Source: an uncultured delta proteobacterium (lineage in GTDB: Bacteria > Desulfobacterota > Desulfobacteria > Desulfobacterales > Desulfosalsimonadaceae). Taken from it: a DNA stretch of 64,000 nucleotides. The notes below the pieces were generated by a model. It worked only from the letters and a program-made list of their open reading frames with translations, ran no database searches and had not been told where the DNA came from. The stretch lies in assembly GCA_963826785.1 (NCBI GenBank), contig CAWGYD010000001.1, positions 800,001 through 864,000 on the forward strand, read 5' to 3'. Positions 61,275 through 64,000 of the stretch are shown in pieces (within the stretch, counting starts at the first letter, position 1; each line of letters opens with the position of its first letter). Position numbers and translations under genes: made by a program.

Positions 61275-64000
61275 ATGGAAAGAAAACGCATCCGTAAATC
61301 CTTTTTGACCCTGGGGTTGATTTGCCTTTCGGCTCTCTTGCTCCCCACGGCAGCCTTTGCCTGGAATCAGGCCACTCATGCCTATATCGCCGACCGGCTG
61401 AATGCGCACGTCGGGCATGACAACCTGCTTGAAATGTGGGGGAGCGTCGCGCCGGATTTCTTTAATTACATCTTCGACCCGGCGGTCTGCCCCGGCTGGG
61501 TGTCGGATCAGACCCATGGAATGGTCTCCGATACCTTTCTGAAGGTATGGAATGCCGCAGACTCAGAGAAGGAAGCCGCCCTTGCCTACGGGTTCGTCAG
61601 CCACAATGAGGCCTGGGGCGCCGATCACATCGCCCATGAATCGAGCCTGACGCTCGGGTCCGGATGAAGGGTATGTCATCACCAAGGCCAGACTGCTGTT
61701 GAACGCGCCGGTGGATCCGACCACCCCCCACCCGACCTTCGACGAAGTCTTCACCGGGAATTTCGGCATGGAACCTGACGAGGCGCTGCTGATTGCCCAT
61801 GCAATCACGGAATATGCCGTCGATATCCGGCTGGGGGGCGAGGTCGATCCCTCCCTCGGCCGGAAGCTGGCAAGGGCGGCCCGCGGTGAAACCAAGCGGT
61901 TTGCCGACCTGCTCGTCGCGGCTTTTGCTGCCGATTACGCAGCCTATTGCTTCGACGGCGACACTGCGACTGCCGCCTCCGTGTTGGTCGCCGCCGAGAA
62001 AAAGCATAGAGAGGACATGATCTATCTGGGTCGGGCGATTTCCCAACCTGAGCCGGTTGCGGTTCAACTGATGGCCGGGCAGCTCGTGGCGATACTCCCC
62101 GACTTTTTGGGCACCCCGCTCCCTGCAAATACGCAGGCGATCATGGAAGCTGGAATTTCCACCGCCATGGTCCTTTGCGACGACTATCGGCCGGAGATTG
62201 AGGCAACGATCAAATTCGTGGCTGACAACCTGCGGGATCACTGGATTGTCTATGAATATCAAGGCAAAAAGGGGCCATCCGACTCCTGCAAGGCGCTCGA
62301 GCGCTGGGTCGCGTCGGACCTCTGTTCATCGTTTGATCCGCAGGCGCTGGCGGACCAGCTCCGCTCGGAAGACACGCAGTGGCCGGACATCCCGACATCC
62401 ATCACCTCGGACGTCGCCCTTACCGATGACGACAAGGCATTCCTCAAGCTTGCCGTGGAAGCCTACGTCTGGGGCTACGCGCCGATGACCATCTACAGAC
62501 TGGAGCAGCAGAAAACCAACAGCCAGGCGCCCCTGAATCATTTCTACCATCCCACGCACCTGGCCCACTGGCAGCTCCCGTCGCCGGTGTCCGCTCCCAA
62601 CATGGATGTGCTCTACAGCAGCGCATTCCTCGACCTTTCGCAGGGACCATTTGTCTTCACGATACCGTCTGTGGAAGGCTACTATGTGATCCAACTCGAT
62701 GATGCGTACGGCAATTCCCAGGCCTCGCTGGGCAGCCGAACCCAGCCGGGCGGAGCGGCCGAAGAGTACCTGATCGTCGGTCCGTCGGACCCGGGCTACA
62801 CCGACCCCGTCAGCTACCTGGGCCAGGGGTTCGATCAGCAGCATGTGCTTCCGGTGGACACGGAACACGCCTGGCTCATCGTGAGGATCCCCGTGAATCC
62901 ATATGCGGAGCCCGGCTCGCCGATATCCCTCACCCAAAGCGACAGCTACCAGGCCAATGCCGCCTTCGACCTGACGCCGCTATCGAACCCGCAACCGGTC
63001 CCGCCCATGGACCCGGCGGTGGCGAAGGAATTCGAGGCGCCGCCCTCCGACGCGATGACCTTCTTCACGTGGCTGGGAATGGCCGTGAAGAACAGTCCTC
63101 TCCCCATGCAGGCGGCCTTCAGCAACGCGGTGCTACCGCCTTACCTGATGAGTCCCAGCCCCTCGGTGAGCGATGCGCAGCAGGCGCTGCTCGACTCTTT
63201 CCAACCCCTCGGGCTTGACGCTTCAGGCTTCCACCCAGAGGTTCTCGACTGCCGTCAGCGTGCGCTGCTGGAGGCCGGTATGGTCATCGGGGACTGCATC
63301 CTCAAAGCGGGACAGAACTTCATCACCGTCGGGCCACCCGAACAGAACTACTGGCACGTCATCGGCACCTCCAATATCGGCAAGTACCCTAACACGCCGA
63401 GCGGCTGGTCGGTGCGCTCGGTCGCGGCCTACGAGGGCGGCATCGCCAGTCTGGCGCCGGACGGCACTTACCCCACCACGACCCACGATATCAACCGCGC
63501 TCGCATCAGGGGCGGCCGCGCCTATACCATTACCTTTGATGCACACAGCCTGCCACCCGTGAGCGAGGGCGGCTTCTGGAGCCTGACAATCTACTCCGAC
63601 GACAGCGCGAGCGGCGTGCAGACAAACCTTCCCGCAGTCTCCTCCGCGGCCGTCCTCAACACGGCCTACTCACAGCCCCCTGTCGATGCCACCTCAGTGG
63701 TGGACACGACGCACTTCTACAACCCTGATTACCAGGAGGACGACACCATCTATTTCGCAGTGTCCGGGGGCGGGATCGACGCGGAGCGCCCGTATTTTGT
63801 GATCGACGTGAGGTGCGGCGTCTTCCAGCTGAGTCGCGGCCCATGGACACCCGATCACAGCGGCATGGCGGCAATCACCGTGGATCCGTCCCTTGTCGGC
63901 AAGACGCTGATGACGGGGCTCGTCATCCCCGTTCATTCCCTGGGTTCGCAGCAGCTGCCGGCCGCCCCGCCCGCGCTCCGCGGCACCCAGCTGGCATTCG
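61275..64000 (+). CDS. Secreted Zn-dependent phospholipase C-like domain fused to DUF1254/DUF1214 (frameshift near 61657; runs off window)
   Basis: Signal peptide AFA|WNQATH, GSVAPD, GFVSHN..GADHIAH. After a 1-nt shift: DEGYVITKA...HAITEYAVD...AYVWGYAP...PNMDVLYSSAFLDLSQGP...GFWSLTIY, with no stop seen to 64000. Confidence 0.72.

Noticed and set aside
61665..61667. TGA as selenocysteine
   Set aside because: The plausible continuation (DEGYVITKA) is in another frame and the same-frame read-through stops again soon; a frameshift explains it.

Overview
A 64 kb gene-dense window from an anaerobic bacterium, most likely Desulfobacterota (Desulfobacterales-like). That assignment is inferred from HdrA/FrhB, an ORP (orange-protein) cluster, delta-type GEMM riboswitches, a UGA/SECIS selenoprotein and many sigma54 systems. 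No rRNA, tRNA or CRISPR array was seen. Left part: hdrA (5' end outside the window), an FrhB-family gene, Usp, DUF3786, acyl-CoA ligase, FAD oxidase, a Tat-exported MBL hydrolase, a deleted two-component/TolC relic, a diheme cytochrome fusion, P-type ATPase, MtfA and a riboswitch-controlled 5'-nucleotidase. Middle (22.8-42 kb): a metal-cofactor island (DUF364, TsaA, MBL, CobO, nitroreductase, TonB receptor, nucleoside hydrolase-FmdE fusion, Sec-containing HdrD-like protein, OrpR plus ORP cluster). Six copies of a 14-bp palindrome (consensus TGAGCATATGCTCA) mark its promoters, and an integrase-less integron cassette array (3 attC sites) with a RelE/Phd module interrupts it. Right part: hybrid kinases, two near-identical sigma54 promoter modules, an HD-GYP regulator, two pilT genes, a B12-binding module, a second GEMM riboswitch and secreted proteins. 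The most unusual item is an 840-bp, end-less, perfectly in-frame IS701-transposase core inside the first PilT ATPase. All family calls come from motif recognition by eye; no database searches were run.
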